NCBI GenBank assembly: GCA_026712885.1
Contig: JAPOPO010000196.1
Coordinates: forward strand, 1-31,819
Origin: Rhodospirillales bacterium
Lineage (GTDB): Bacteria > Pseudomonadota > Alphaproteobacteria > UBA828
Direction of reading: 5' to 3'
Length of the DNA stretch: 31,819 bases
Position 1 is the stretch's first letter, and every line of letters begins with the position of its first letter. The notes under the pieces were generated by a model. That model saw nothing but the letters and a program-made list of their open reading frames with translations, searched no databases and was not told where the DNA came from. This document shows positions 8,876 to 18,330 of the stretch, one piece after another. A program made the position numbers and the translations under genes.

Positions 8876-9702
8876 GAGCCGCTCTCCCGGACCCTGCGGC
8901 CGCGCTCGTATTCCAGGATCGCGAGCCGGAGCCGCGCCGGTTCGATCCCGGCGGGTCCCTTCTGCGGGACATTGTTGCCGTTATTCAGCAGGGCCAGCAC
9001 GCCCTTGGGCACGCACATCAGGTTATCTATCTCGTTGTTCAGGGGATCGCCGTCCTCGTGAACGATGGCGTGGCCGGGCGGGATCCCGCCCTTATCCCGC
9101 TCCCACACCCAGCGGGCCTTGATGGTCCAATGGGAATTGAACCCGGTGCCGTTCTTCCTGATTGACTCGTAAGGCGACGGGCCGGGCACCTTGATCTGCA
9201 CGGCGCCTTTGCAGAACCGCTCCGAATACATGGGCCGGATGTTGCCGGGCCGGTGCCCGGGCTTGAACCACGTCTTTTCGCACCCCGGAGGATGCCAGCC
9301 CTTTCGGCCCTTGTTCGCGGGCGTATGGCCCTTCTGGAAGCGGACCAGGTTCCTCTCCCGCCTCACCCCGAGGCGGCGCGCCTGGCCCAGCATCATCGAC
9401 TTGGTCAGGCGCCGCCCGAACCGTTCCTCGAACAGGTCCGCCACCTGGCCGTAGGGCGTGTCCGGGATGGTTTCTCGCAGAAACGAAAGTTCCTCGCCGG
9501 TGTACGGGGACGGCGGGGTCTTCACCCCGGCGTTGGCGAGCACCCCGGGGAAATGGTTCTTCTGCGCGGCTCTCAGCTGCGCGCCGGTGATGGACGTGCC
9601 GAACTCGGAGTTGAACAGCCGGACGGTCTCTTCCACCGTGTGCCTCGGGTACTCGATGACCAGCCACACGAGGCGCTCCGGGTTCATCCACCTACCGGCC
9701 AT
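8872..9702 (-). CDS. HNH endonuclease family protein with N-terminal helical repeats and NUMOD-like motifs
   Basis: FQKGHTPANKG, WFKPGHRPGN, RWVWE...G.IPPGHAIVHEDGDPLNNEIDNL. Confidence 0.85.
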   Translation of the reverse strand: MAGRWMNPERLVWLVIEYPRHTVEETVRLFNSEFGTSITGAQLRAAQKNHFPGVLANAGVKTPPSPYTGEELSFLRETIPDTPYGQVADLFEERFGRRLTKSMMLGQARRLGVRRERNLVRFQKGHTPANKGRKGWHPPGCEKTWFKPGHRPGNIRPMYSERFCKGAVQIKVPGPSPYESIRKNGTGFNSHWTIKARWVWERDKGGIPPGHAIVHEDGDPLNNEIDNLMCVPKGVLALLNNGNNVPQKGPAGIEPARLRLAILEYERGRRVRESGS

Positions 9703-9934
9703 CGTCGCCCGTGAGCATTCTCGGGATGCTGACCGGACCCCGGGATTGGTCGATCTGAAGTTTTTTCGCCTCCAGTACGTTGCGCGAGTTTTCGATGATG
9801 GACTTCGCGACGGCGCTCACGGCCTTCGATCTTTCGATTTCCGACTTCAGATCATCGCCTTCCAGCGAATCGTCGCGCAGCGCCTCCACCTGGGCCATCA
9901 GGTGATTGTGCAGGTCGGTCAGGGTGTTTTTCAT
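9692..9934 (-). CDS. Conserved phage protein commonly adjacent to HNH genes
   Basis: MKNTLTDLHNHLMAQVEALRDDSL.GDDL..EIERSKAVS.VAK.II.N. Confidence 0.8.
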   Translation of the reverse strand: MKNTLTDLHNHLMAQVEALRDDSLEGDDLKSEIERSKAVSAVAKSIIENSRNVLEAKKLQIDQSRGPVSIPRMLTGDDGR

Positions 9935-10356
9935 GGTCTTTTCTCCGGGTTGTTCCGTTCGGTCAGCGACTCGATCCGCAGGGAGGCGCTGTCGGAGCGC
10001 TCGGCGGCCCGGCGCCGCTCGGCGCGCTCCACCAGCATCTCCACGTACGAGACGACCGCCAGCCTGTCGGCCTCGTCGAGCCGGCTCGCGCGCAGGCCAA
10101 GCGGCTCGCACGCCGCGGTGCGCCCCAGCAGCCAGTCGGCGCTGACGTCGAGCACGTCGCAGAACAGTCGCAGCGTCCTCGCCCGGGGCATCGACCTGGC
10201 CTTGAAGTAATGGTCGATTGAGCTCGATCCGGACGCGCGGTTCAGCTGTGCGGCGTCGTGGTAGCGCCGGCAGAATTCCTGGCGGGTCCATCCCCGCGCG
10301 GCGATCGCGGCCCGCAGCCGGCGGGCGAACCGGTCGTGCTCGCGCGAGGCGCTCAT
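9931..10356 (-). CDS. XRE-family helix-turn-helix protein
   Basis: FARRLRAAIAARGWTRQEF...SIDHYFKARSMPRARTLRLFCDVLDVSADWLLG. Confidence 0.85.
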   Translation of the reverse strand: MSASREHDRFARRLRAAIAARGWTRQEFCRRYHDAAQLNRASGSSSIDHYFKARSMPRARTLRLFCDVLDVSADWLLGRTAACEPLGLRASRLDEADRLAVVSYVEMLVERAERRRAAERSDSASLRIESLTERNNPEKRP

Positions 10357-10631
10357 CGGCCTGCCTCGCCCAGCAGCTCCCGGATCTGCCGATCGCATCC
10401 GTCGCGCCGCCGGTGCGCCTCGGCCACGTCGGCCAGGGCGCGTTCGGCGTTGAGCGCTCGCTCGCGCCAGCTCTGGACCTCGATCACGAGCCGCGGGTAG
10501 TCCCGCACCGCGGTCCAGACGGCCTTGGTGCGGGCCATGCCGGGGAACGACGCTTCGAGCCGATCGAGCCATCTGGCGTTCTCCGCGCGCAGGATCCTCA
10601 GGGTGAAGGCTTTCGGCTTGTCGATGCTCAT
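10353..10631 (-). CDS. Hypothetical 92-aa coiled-coil protein
   Basis: 4-nt overlaps with both neighbours. Confidence 0.6.
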   Translation of the reverse strand: MSIDKPKAFTLRILRAENARWLDRLEASFPGMARTKAVWTAVRDYPRLVIEVQSWRERALNAERALADVAEAHRRRDGCDRQIRELLGEAGR

Positions 10632-10945
10632 GGGTTCGTCTCCAGGACGCGGCGCACGTGCCGCGCCGACAGGCGGTGCTTGCGGGCGAGCCAGCGGATG
10701 GACCGCCCGTCGCGCCGCTGGCGGCGGATGCGCTCGTCGCGCTCCCAGCGGTCGATGACGGCGGCGGCCGCCTCCCGCGAGGGCAGCCGGACACGGCCGC
10801 GCGCGTGCAATGCCTCGCACACCGCCAGCGTGAGCGAGGCGGCGACGTCCTCGTCGGAGCGCGCCTTGAGGTGGCGGATCGACGGCTCGGCCGCGACCCA
10901 CCGCAGCATGGCGCGCAGCAGCGCGGTCAGCGCCCGTTCGTTCAT
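10628..10945 (-). CDS. Mor/C-family transcription activator
   Basis: GRVRLPS...RDERIRRQRRDGRSIRWLARKHRLSARHVRRVL C-terminal HTH; position after GemA-like gene. Confidence 0.78.
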   Translation of the reverse strand: MNERALTALLRAMLRWVAAEPSIRHLKARSDEDVAASLTLAVCEALHARGRVRLPSREAAAAVIDRWERDERIRRQRRDGRSIRWLARKHRLSARHVRRVLETNP

Positions 10946-11391
10946 GCCTGTTTCCTCGCGAGCATGGCCTTCAGACCCTCGATGACGCGCCAGGCGTCGG
11001 CGGAGGTGGCGATGCGGGCGCTGCCGTAGCGCCGTTCCAGCCACACCAGGTACCGCCTTTCGTCGGGGAAGATCTGCGGCCACAGATCGTCTATGAAGCG
11101 CCGCTGCTTCGCGGTTGCCAGGCGGGTCACGCCCTTCGGCAGACGCGGCGGCGGGGCGTCGGTGTCCGCCGGCGCCGGGTCGCGCGGCGTCTGGCGCGAG
11201 ACGCCCTTCGGCGCCGGGCCGCCGAACAGGTGGCGGATCAGGTCGTGGGCCTGGCGCCGGTCCAGGTCCTTGCAGGTGCGCGCGCCGTAGCGGGCAACGA
11301 GCACCTCGCGGTAGGCGTCGTCGTCGAGGCCGGCCTTGCGGGCGGCCACGTGCACCGTGCGGATCTGCGCACTGGAGATGGGCTTGCTCAT
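10942..11391 (-). CDS. gemA: GemA/Mu gp16-like protein (DUF1018)
   Basis: AQIRTVHVAARKAGLDDDAYREVL..RYG.RTCKDL; C-terminal A.RVIEGLKAM. Confidence 0.88.
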   Translation of the reverse strand: MSKPISSAQIRTVHVAARKAGLDDDAYREVLVARYGARTCKDLDRRQAHDLIRHLFGGPAPKGVSRQTPRDPAPADTDAPPPRLPKGVTRLATAKQRRFIDDLWPQIFPDERRYLVWLERRYGSARIATSADAWRVIEGLKAMLARKQA

Positions 11392-12257
11392 GCCGCCGCC
11401 GTCCGGCGCTCGCGGCGCTGTCTGAGCGCCTCGGCCACGGCGGCCTCCGGCGGGGCCCCGGACGGCGCCGCGGGCGCGGCCGGGGCGTCGCCGAGCGCCA
11501 GCCGGACGTCGGCGGCGGAAATCCGGATCGCGCCCTCGCGAGCCCGGCTCGCCGCCAGCGAGCGGTCCAGGAGATCGGCCAGATCCAGCCAGTTCCTCGA
11601 TCGGGGATCGGCGACGAGCCGCTCAAGCGCGGCGTCGCCGATCAGCGGCGCATCCGCCGAGGGCCGCATCGCCCGCGACGCGGCCTCGCGGGCCTCGGCG
11701 CCGGAGAGACCGGCCAGGACCACCCGGTCGGCGCGACGGCCCACCTCGGGGATGGCCGCCGCGCGGTCGGACTGGCCCACGAGCACGATCGCCAGCAGCG
11801 GCGCGCGGCCCATCCAGGCCAGCTCCAGCAACCGCTTCAGCCCCACCGCGGTGCGGTAATGCAGCCGGTGCGCGTCGTCGACCGCGAGCGCGACGGGGCG
11901 CCGCCGCGAGGCCGCGCCCAGGATGCGGCGCACCTGCCGGGAGCGGGCCTCGCCGCTGCGCCGGGGGCGTTCCTCGGAGAGGTCCGCGACGATCGCCGCG
12001 GCGATGTCGCCCAGGTGAAGGCGGTCGCGGTCCAGCCGCACCGGCTCCACCACGGCGCAGTCCAGGCCCCGCAGCGCCTCGCGCACCGCCACGCTCTTGC
12101 CCGATCCGCGGGGCCCGACGACGGACACGAGCGCGCGGGCGGTCACCGCGGCGTCCACGACCGATACGACGCGGCGCAGGTCGCCCGTGACCGTGGGCGG
12201 GCCGGGCCAGGGTTGCGGCGCCAGCCCCGCCGAGGCCCTTCTCAGCAGGCGGCTCAC
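11388..12257 (-). CDS. Transposition ATPase (MuB functional analogue, ExeA-like AAA)
   Basis: Walker A GPRGSGKS, Walker B LAVDDAH, LVGQ motif; directly follows transposase. Confidence 0.9.
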   Translation of the reverse strand: MSRLLRRASAGLAPQPWPGPPTVTGDLRRVVSVVDAAVTARALVSVVGPRGSGKSVAVREALRGLDCAVVEPVRLDRDRLHLGDIAAAIVADLSEERPRRSGEARSRQVRRILGAASRRRPVALAVDDAHRLHYRTAVGLKRLLELAWMGRAPLLAIVLVGQSDRAAAIPEVGRRADRVVLAGLSGAEAREAASRAMRPSADAPLIGDAALERLVADPRSRNWLDLADLLDRSLAASRAREGAIRISAADVRLALGDAPAAPAAPSGAPPEAAVAEALRQRRERRTAAA

Positions 12258-13876
12258 GACGCCTCCCGCACGGCGGCGAGCTCTCGGGCGAGCGACCGGA
12301 CCGCGTCGCGGTCCAGGCCCGCGTCGCGGATCTCCGCCCCGACCATCCCGAGCAGCCCCGGGGACAACGGCCAGGGATACAGTTCGGCGAACTCGCCGAG
12401 CGCCTCCTCCAGCGAGGCGTACGCGCCGCCGACGCGCAGCGGGTTGTCCAGAGGCGCCCCGGGCACCGCCTTTCGCATCAGCCGCGGGGGGCCGGCCTCG
12501 GCGGCGGGGGCGGGGGCGTAGACGTCGGCGCGGCCGTCCGGGGCGCCGGACTCGAGCAGCTTCTCAAGCGGGGACGCCGGTACCGCGCGCACGTGGCCGT
12601 AGGGCCTGATCTGGAGCGGGCGGGCCTCGCGCCGCTCGGGGGGCTTGGAGCCTTCCAGTTCCACCGCGATGCGCCCGGCCGCCGCGGCGGCGCCGACGAG
12701 CGGGCGGCGGCAGATCACCCAGCAGTCGTGCCAGTCGGGCACCTCGTACTGGACCGAATCCCAGCTGAGCACCCCGGCGTTGTTCACGCGCCGTCTCGCG
12801 CGCTGCGCGGCGGCCGCGAGCGCGTCGGGCGGCATCGCCACCAGCGGGCGCTCCGCCGGGCGGCGCGAGCCCAGCGCCGCCCAGGCGTCCGCGCGGGGCA
12901 CGGGGCGCCCGCCCACCGGCGTCCTGGACGGGCGCCGCGCGTTCTCCCGCGCGTCGTATTCGCGCAGGCGCGAGTTGAGGTCCGACAGCAGGATCGTCTC
13001 CCCGCGCAGGCCCAACGCGGTCTCGAAGCGGCGCCAGCGCGAGCGGTGCGAGCGCTCCACCCCGCCCATCCGGGTTTTCGCGTAGGGCAGCCCAACGACC
13101 ACTTCGATGTCCAGGGCCTCCAGCAGCTCCGCCGCGGCGGCGCCCTTGAACAACGGCCCCTGATCGGTCCACAGGTGCTCCGGCACGCCGTGGCCCGGCA
13201 GCCGGGGATCCTCCGAGGGCTGGCAGGCGCCGATCAAAAAGTCCAGCGCGTCGGCGGAGTTCTCGCCCTGCGCCACGTAGGCGCGGGCCTCCACGTACCC
13301 CGTGCACAGGTCCCAGATCGAGTAATAGACCACGCGCTCGCGCCCCGGCGGCAACGGCTTGTTCTTGTACCCGCCCGCGGAGATCCTGCGGCGGTGGAAC
13401 TTCAGCAACCAGTCGCCGTCGGCGCCGTCGCGCTCCAGCACCGCCATGTGGGCGCTGTGGCTGCCGTCGATCTGCACGGCCTGCCAGGGGTAGTCGGCGT
13501 GGAGGCGCTGGGTGCGCTTGCGGGACGGCGCGAGCCCCAGCTCGCGGCGCACGCGGTAGGCGGTGGACAACGGCATGGCGAGCGCCTGCGGCGGCAGGTC
13601 CCCGGCCGCAACCGCCGCCTCGATGGCGTCCTCCAGCACCGCGCCGGTGCGCGCCGCCCAGCGCACCGCGACCTGAACCCACTCGCGGTAATCGGGGATC
13701 GCGGCGCGGCCGGACCTCGACGCCACGGCGCGGTGCCCGCGGGTGAGCCGGTAGACGGTGCCAGCGGACACGCCGTAGCGCTTCGCGAGTTCGGCGATGA
13801 CGACGGCCGTGTGGCCGTGGGGGGCGGCGTCGATCTCCGCGGCCATGCGCCGCACGGTGGCGGGGTCCAGGCTCAC
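12254..13876 (-). CDS. DDE transposase (MuA analogue, B3/BcepMu type)
   Basis: N-terminal HTH (LAKRYGVSAGTVYR); QIDGS, WTDQGP and GGVERSH give an intact D-D-E triad; no frameshift seen. Confidence 0.92.
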   Translation of the reverse strand: MSLDPATVRRMAAEIDAAPHGHTAVVIAELAKRYGVSAGTVYRLTRGHRAVASRSGRAAIPDYREWVQVAVRWAARTGAVLEDAIEAAVAAGDLPPQALAMPLSTAYRVRRELGLAPSRKRTQRLHADYPWQAVQIDGSHSAHMAVLERDGADGDWLLKFHRRRISAGGYKNKPLPPGRERVVYYSIWDLCTGYVEARAYVAQGENSADALDFLIGACQPSEDPRLPGHGVPEHLWTDQGPLFKGAAAAELLEALDIEVVVGLPYAKTRMGGVERSHRSRWRRFETALGLRGETILLSDLNSRLREYDARENARRPSRTPVGGRPVPRADAWAALGSRRPAERPLVAMPPDALAAAAQRARRRVNNAGVLSWDSVQYEVPDWHDCWVICRRPLVGAAAAAGRIAVELEGSKPPERREARPLQIRPYGHVRAVPASPLEKLLESGAPDGRADVYAPAPAAEAGPPRLMRKAVPGAPLDNPLRVGGAYASLEEALGEFAELYPWPLSPGLLGMVGAEIRDAGLDRDAVRSLARELAAVREAS

Positions 13877-14538
13877 CGGCGCATCGCCAGGTCAAGCAGC
13901 GAGTCCAGGCGCACCGACACGTTGTCGCCCCACTCGCAGATGCGGTCCGCGGCGGCGATGGGCCGATCGCCCGCCGCCGATAGCTGTTCCTCCAGTTGCG
14001 CCAGCGCCGCGTTCACCTGATGAGCGAGCGGGCGCCACTGGATGACGGCGCGATCGGACTCCAGGCGCGGCGCGGCGGCCGGGGCCGACCCGGGGACGGA
14101 CTGTTCGGTCATCCTCCGGATCGCCCGGGCGCGTGCCCTGGGCGGGCGGGTCATCACCTCGGCCAGCAGCTTGTCTTCGGGGATCGAGCCCAGCGCGTCG
14201 GCGGCCCGGTCCGCGTCGCCGACCGTGCGAACGAATTCCTCGATCAGCCCCAACCGCCCCTCGGCCTCCGGGGCGGAGAGCGTGCGCAGCGAGCGCGCCT
14301 CGCGCGCGCCCTCCCAGGCCAGCGCGAGCGCGTCGGCCCGAACCGGTTCCAGGGGCGTGTGCGCGGCGATGAACGCGGCGCGGCGCTCGCCGTCTGGGAT
14401 CGCCTCGCGGATCTCGTGGCAGGCCCGCATGATGCCGCTCTCCAGCATCTCCAGCACCTTCTGCCCGGTGCGGTGCAGCGCGCCGATGCGGTGCGCCGCC
14501 TCCAGCGCCGCGGCCGGTACCGGGGCGGAGCCGGTCAT
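13873..14538 (-). CDS. DUF3102-like early protein
   Basis: Position just upstream of transposase as in BcepMu-like phages; weak sequence resemblance only. Confidence 0.5.
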   Translation of the reverse strand: MTGSAPVPAAALEAAHRIGALHRTGQKVLEMLESGIMRACHEIREAIPDGERRAAFIAAHTPLEPVRADALALAWEGAREARSLRTLSAPEAEGRLGLIEEFVRTVGDADRAADALGSIPEDKLLAEVMTRPPRARARAIRRMTEQSVPGSAPAAAPRLESDRAVIQWRPLAHQVNAALAQLEEQLSAAGDRPIAAADRICEWGDNVSVRLDSLLDLAMRR

Positions 14539-15350
14539 TCGCCGGTCGCCGGTTCGGACGCCGGGCGCACGCGGCACGCCTCGGCGACGATTTCCCGCAC
14601 ACGCCCCTGGCACACGCCGGAGGCCCGCGCGGCGCGGCACTGGCGGGCCACGCTGGCGCGCAACATGCCCTCGGCGTCGGTGGCGTCGGGCGCACCCCGC
14701 GGGCGCTCCGCGGCGGCGATCGTCAGGGGGATCGCGACCCACCTGTGCGCGGGGGTGTCGCGGCGGTGCAGGCGGATGTACTGCGCCCGCCCGGTGGGCC
14801 GCATGGCGTCGGCGATCGCGTCCTGGAACCTCGGCCAGCGGGGGTCTTCGATCCGGATGCGCCGCAACGCCATCAGCTTCGTCACGCTGAGCCGCCCGTC
14901 GGCGGCGGGCTCGAACGCCTGCCTGAGCAGCGCCTGGAGCTGGCGGCTCGCGCCCTTGGTCCACTCGGCCAGGCATTCCTCCAGCAGCGCCTGGGCGGCG
15001 ACGATCTCAGGGCCCACGTCGACGTAGTCCGCCTTGGCCAACGTCACACGGCGGCAGCCGTCGATCGAGGTGAGCGTGATGTTGCCGCGGCGCCCGCCGA
15101 GCGCGGCGCCGTAATCGTTGACGATGCGGTCCGCCAGCCCGTACACGTCATCCATCGTGTGGGTCCGGTAGCGCCAGATCTGCGCGCTCAGGTCCTCGCC
15201 GAAGGCGTGGATCCGGTCGATCACCGCGTCGGTGTCGCGGTCGCGCGGGCGGACGTTGGATTCATGCACCAGGTTTCCCCTGGCGTCGCGGACGTAGCCG
15301 CGCGGCGGCGGCTCGGTCCAGTCGATCGCGGGCGCATTGGTGTCGGTCAT
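14535..15350 (-). CDS. DUF3164 family protein with C-terminal extension
   Basis: GYVRDARGNLVHES.VRP.D, GG.RGNITLTSIDG, GPE...AQAL..ECL.EWT, I.D.RW....DAIADA...TG...YIR. Confidence 0.9.
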   Translation of the reverse strand: MTDTNAPAIDWTEPPPRGYVRDARGNLVHESNVRPRDRDTDAVIDRIHAFGEDLSAQIWRYRTHTMDDVYGLADRIVNDYGAALGGRRGNITLTSIDGCRRVTLAKADYVDVGPEIVAAQALLEECLAEWTKGASRQLQALLRQAFEPAADGRLSVTKLMALRRIRIEDPRWPRFQDAIADAMRPTGRAQYIRLHRRDTPAHRWVAIPLTIAAAERPRGAPDATDAEGMLRASVARQCRAARASGVCQGRVREIVAEACRVRPASEPATGE

Positions 15351-15601
15351 GGGGTGTCCTCTATCCAGTAATAGTAAATTCGGCCCGACGGGCGGCAGAC
15401 AACCGGCACACCGTTGGCGCGCAGTTCCGCGGCGATCGCCGGGATCGCGACATAGCCGGTCGCCTCGATCAACGCCCGGGTGGACAACCGCTTGCCGCGC
15501 GGCAGCAGCGCGTCGCGCACCGCCTGGAGCCTGGGCGAGGTGTCCAGCCGGGCCGCGTGGATGCGCCCGGGCCGCCGCGGCGATGAAACGGCGCCGTTCA
15601 T
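15347..15601 (-). CDS. Small winged-helix DNA-binding protein
   Basis: HAARLDTSPRLQAV..AL....LSTRALIEATG..AIPAIAAELRANG. Confidence 0.7.
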   Translation of the reverse strand: MNGAVSSPRRPGRIHAARLDTSPRLQAVRDALLPRGKRLSTRALIEATGYVAIPAIAAELRANGVPVVCRPSGRIYYYWIEDTP

Positions 15602-15864
15602 GCGCCCGCCCCGGCCATCGCCAGGAGCGCGGCCGACAGCGCCGCAAGCCACCAACGGATGCCGGCGCACCGGCGCCGCCGGACGCCAATCCGGCGGAGG
15701 CGATCGGCGTGGCAACGCCTCGCCGGGCGCCGGCATCCATTGGCGGGCGCGGACACCAGTTCAACCCGGGCGCCGCCGCGGTACAGCGCGACCCGGCCCG
15801 TGGCCCGCTCCACCGCCGCGACGTCGCGCGGCGTGTGGCTGGAGGCGGGGTGGAGCAGGATCAT
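15598..15864 (-). CDS. Hypothetical protein with hydrophobic C-terminus
   Basis: 4-nt overlaps on both sides; LHPASSHTPRDVAAVERATGRVA. Confidence 0.6.
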   Translation of the reverse strand: MILLHPASSHTPRDVAAVERATGRVALYRGGARVELVSAPANGCRRPARRCHADRLRRIGVRRRRCAGIRWWLAALSAALLAMAGAGA

Positions 15865-16454
15865 GCGCCGGACTCCGCGACGTCCTCACTGTCCCGGTCC
15901 TTGCGAGCCCAGTCGATGCCCATGTCCGCCCAGATCCGCACCGCCTCGCGCCGGTGGCGCTGCGGCAGGAATCCCAGCGGGGTGTGAAATCCCCACTGGG
16001 CCACGACCGGGCCGGTGAGGAACAGCGTCCTGACGACGGGCGTCACCGGCACGAGCGCGTGGCTGTAGCCCGGCGGGCGCAGCTTCACCCGCGGTACGTC
16101 GACCAGGACGGCGCCGCCGAGCGGATTGCGGCGCATGTACGCGAAACGCCTCGCCACGACGTGCGGCGGATCGATGCGCCAGTGCGCGAGATCGCGGCGC
16201 CTGCGCTCGATATTCAGCGCCGGGTATTCGTGCACGTATTCGCGCAGCTCGCCCTGAAGGACAATGCTCAGCGACCACCAGGGGTGATCGTGCAGGCCCA
16301 CGTATCGGCCGTCGGCGCCGTGGATCTCGTGAACGTACGCGTTCGTCCAGCGGTTGCGGGGCACCACCGGCAGGCGGTCCATGCTCCCGGGTACGACGGT
16401 CTTCCATCGGAGCCACCGCTGGGGCCGGCCCAGGTTGCGCGCCGGGCGGCTCAC
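15861..16454 (-). CDS. Cupin-fold protein (HDHPW family)
   Basis: AYVHEIHGAD...LHDHPWWSLSIVLQG.LRE ... HAL...V.TLFLTGP...QWGFHT; GTG start overlaps upstream stop. Confidence 0.78.
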   Translation of the reverse strand: MSRPARNLGRPQRWLRWKTVVPGSMDRLPVVPRNRWTNAYVHEIHGADGRYVGLHDHPWWSLSIVLQGELREYVHEYPALNIERRRRDLAHWRIDPPHVVARRFAYMRRNPLGGAVLVDVPRVKLRPPGYSHALVPVTPVVRTLFLTGPVVAQWGFHTPLGFLPQRHRREAVRIWADMGIDWARKDRDSEDVAESGA

Positions 16455-16642
16455 AGTTCCAGCCTCCGCTGCGCCCGCCGGGCGCGGGCCAGTTCGCGGT
16501 CGCGCTTGCGCTTGAGCATCGCCTTGTGTTCCCGGTCCCGGGCCGCCTGGAGCGCCTCGTCGAAACTGAGCGGGCGGGCGGCGCGGGCCTGCCGCGGGCG
16601 CGGCCCGCACAAGAACGCTCCCTGCACGACGCGGCACTTCAT
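16451..16642 (-). CDS. Hypothetical 63-aa basic protein
   Basis: 4-nt overlaps on both sides. Confidence 0.5.
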   Translation of the reverse strand: MKCRVVQGAFLCGPRPRQARAARPLSFDEALQAARDREHKAMLKRKRDRELARARRAQRRLEL

Positions 16643-17607
16643 GCAACCTCCGGCATCGCGTCGTGCTCCACGCCGTCCAGGAGGCGCCCGCCGGCCTTCG
16701 CCACGCGCCCGCCCCACTGCTTGAAGAAAAACGGGACTTCCGCGAACCGGCAATCGTCGCGGATCGTGCGCACCCACCCGGCGTCGATCGGGCGGTGCCC
16801 CGGGCCGGATTCTCCGCCGGCGACGACCCAGTCCAGCGCCGGCGGCTCGAACGCGGCCGCCCATGCGTCGGCCGCGAGGCCCGGCGTGAACGCCCCGGCG
16901 AGCACGTCGATCGACCCGCGAGGCACGCCGGCCCACCTCCCGTTCAGCGAGGTGCTGACCGGGAGGTAGTCGATATCGGTCAACGCGAGCGGGCCGAGCA
17001 GCGGCTCGGCGCTCAGCCAGCGCACGCACGCGGGGGTCTCGAGCAGCGGCGGTATCCGCTTCTGGAGCGTGTCCTGGTTCTCCGCGCTCACGCCGAGCCA
17101 GAGCCGGCGCGCCAGCGACGTCAGAGAATCGTCGACGAACTCCACCGGGCGGCGCGGGGCGACGTGCATGACCTCGGCGGAGGCGCGCAGGATTTCCGTC
17201 CAGCCGTTCACGCGGCGGTAGTAGCGGCTCATCCGCGTCGGGCGCTTGGTCAGCAGCAGGTAGCGGTGGCGCGGCGCCAGCGCCATGACGGCGTGGATGC
17301 GGGCGAGCCATTCGTCTGGCACCTTCGGGTGGAACAGATCGGTGTGCGCGCCGACGAACACCGTGCGCGGTCGCTGCCACCGCATCGGCTGGGTCAGCAG
17401 CGACCAGTTGAAGCGCAGCTCGCCGTTGAAGACGAACCGCCCGGCTTGGGTCTTGTACGTCAGGCCGCGCCGCGTCGGGCAGCCGGCCATCAGCGTGCCG
17501 GCCAGGCGCGCGGCGTAGCAGTGGCGGCACCCCGTGGAGGCGGGCGAGCAGCCGGTGACGGGATTCCAGGTGGCGTCGGCCCACTCGATGGCGGTGCGGT
17601 CGCTCAT
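16639..17607 (-). CDS. Phage Gp37/Gp68 (DUF5131) family protein
   Basis: TAIEWADATWNPVTGCSPASTGCRHCYA (CX6CX2C), DLFH..VP, LLTKRP.RM, WLGVSAENQ, SAEPLLGP, WVVAGGESG, FFFKQWGG. Confidence 0.93.
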   Translation of the reverse strand: MSDRTAIEWADATWNPVTGCSPASTGCRHCYAARLAGTLMAGCPTRRGLTYKTQAGRFVFNGELRFNWSLLTQPMRWQRPRTVFVGAHTDLFHPKVPDEWLARIHAVMALAPRHRYLLLTKRPTRMSRYYRRVNGWTEILRASAEVMHVAPRRPVEFVDDSLTSLARRLWLGVSAENQDTLQKRIPPLLETPACVRWLSAEPLLGPLALTDIDYLPVSTSLNGRWAGVPRGSIDVLAGAFTPGLAADAWAAAFEPPALDWVVAGGESGPGHRPIDAGWVRTIRDDCRFAEVPFFFKQWGGRVAKAGGRLLDGVEHDAMPEVA

Positions 17608-17876
17608 GCGGTCGCTCCGCCCGCCGGGGGCCGCGGCGGCCACAGCGGCATGCCGGCTTCGTTCAGGATCGCCATCCAGTCGTCGATCTCCGCGTCCATC
17701 TCGGCCAGGATCTCCCGCGCGTCTCGATCGTCGACGACGCCGGTGAATCCATTGGCGTGGCCCTCCATGAACAGATCCCGTTCGGCGATCGCGTTTCGGG
17801 TGGCGTCGCGCAGCGCCGATGCCAGTCGCTCCGTCAACGCGGTCCCCGGGGCCTCGACGATCATCGGACCGATCAT
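17604..17876 (-). CDS. Hypothetical 90-aa acidic protein
   Basis: 4-nt overlaps on both sides. Confidence 0.6.
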   Translation of the reverse strand: MIGPMIVEAPGTALTERLASALRDATRNAIAERDLFMEGHANGFTGVVDDRDAREILAEMDAEIDDWMAILNEAGMPLWPPRPPAGGATA

Positions 17877-18058
17877 GCGAGGTGCTTCCGGTCCACGGAC
17901 ACGGCGTGGTAACGCCCGTCGTCGCCGTGCAGCTCGTTGGCCAGACGCCGGGCCTCGTCGGCGTCGAACGCGTTGATTTCGGTGAAGAAACACTCGGCGG
18001 GATCGCTCTGCCGTTCCAGGCACACGCGCCACCACACCGGGTAGTCCTGGACGCTCAC
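17873..18058 (-). CDS. Hypothetical 61-aa protein
   Basis: GTGA overlap; non-biased composition. Confidence 0.55.
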   Translation of the reverse strand: MSVQDYPVWWRVCLERQSDPAECFFTEINAFDADEARRLANELHGDDGRYHAVSVDRKHLA

Positions 18059-18330
18059 GAGAGGCCGGCCCAGCGTTCGGCGAGGCCCTTGGCGTCGCTC
18101 AAGGACACCTGGCCGAAGTCGCGGCGCAGTCCGCCCCCGGTCGGCCGGAACGACCAGCCCCCGCATCGCCTCCGGCGCAGGCGGCCCGCGTGGCGGTAAC
18201 GGAAGCCGTGCGTCTCCCTCGTCAGGAGATCGAGCACGAGCAGGTCGCCGCCGTACAGCGACCGCTTCGACGACCACAGGACCTCCGGCAGGCCGCCCGA
18301 GCCCTGGAACGGATCCCGAGGGGAACTCAC
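18055..18330 (-). CDS. Hypothetical 91-aa protein
   Basis: GTGA overlap on both sides. Confidence 0.5.
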   Translation of the reverse strand: MSSPRDPFQGSGGLPEVLWSSKRSLYGGDLLVLDLLTRETHGFRYRHAGRLRRRRCGGWSFRPTGGGLRRDFGQVSLSDAKGLAERWAGLS

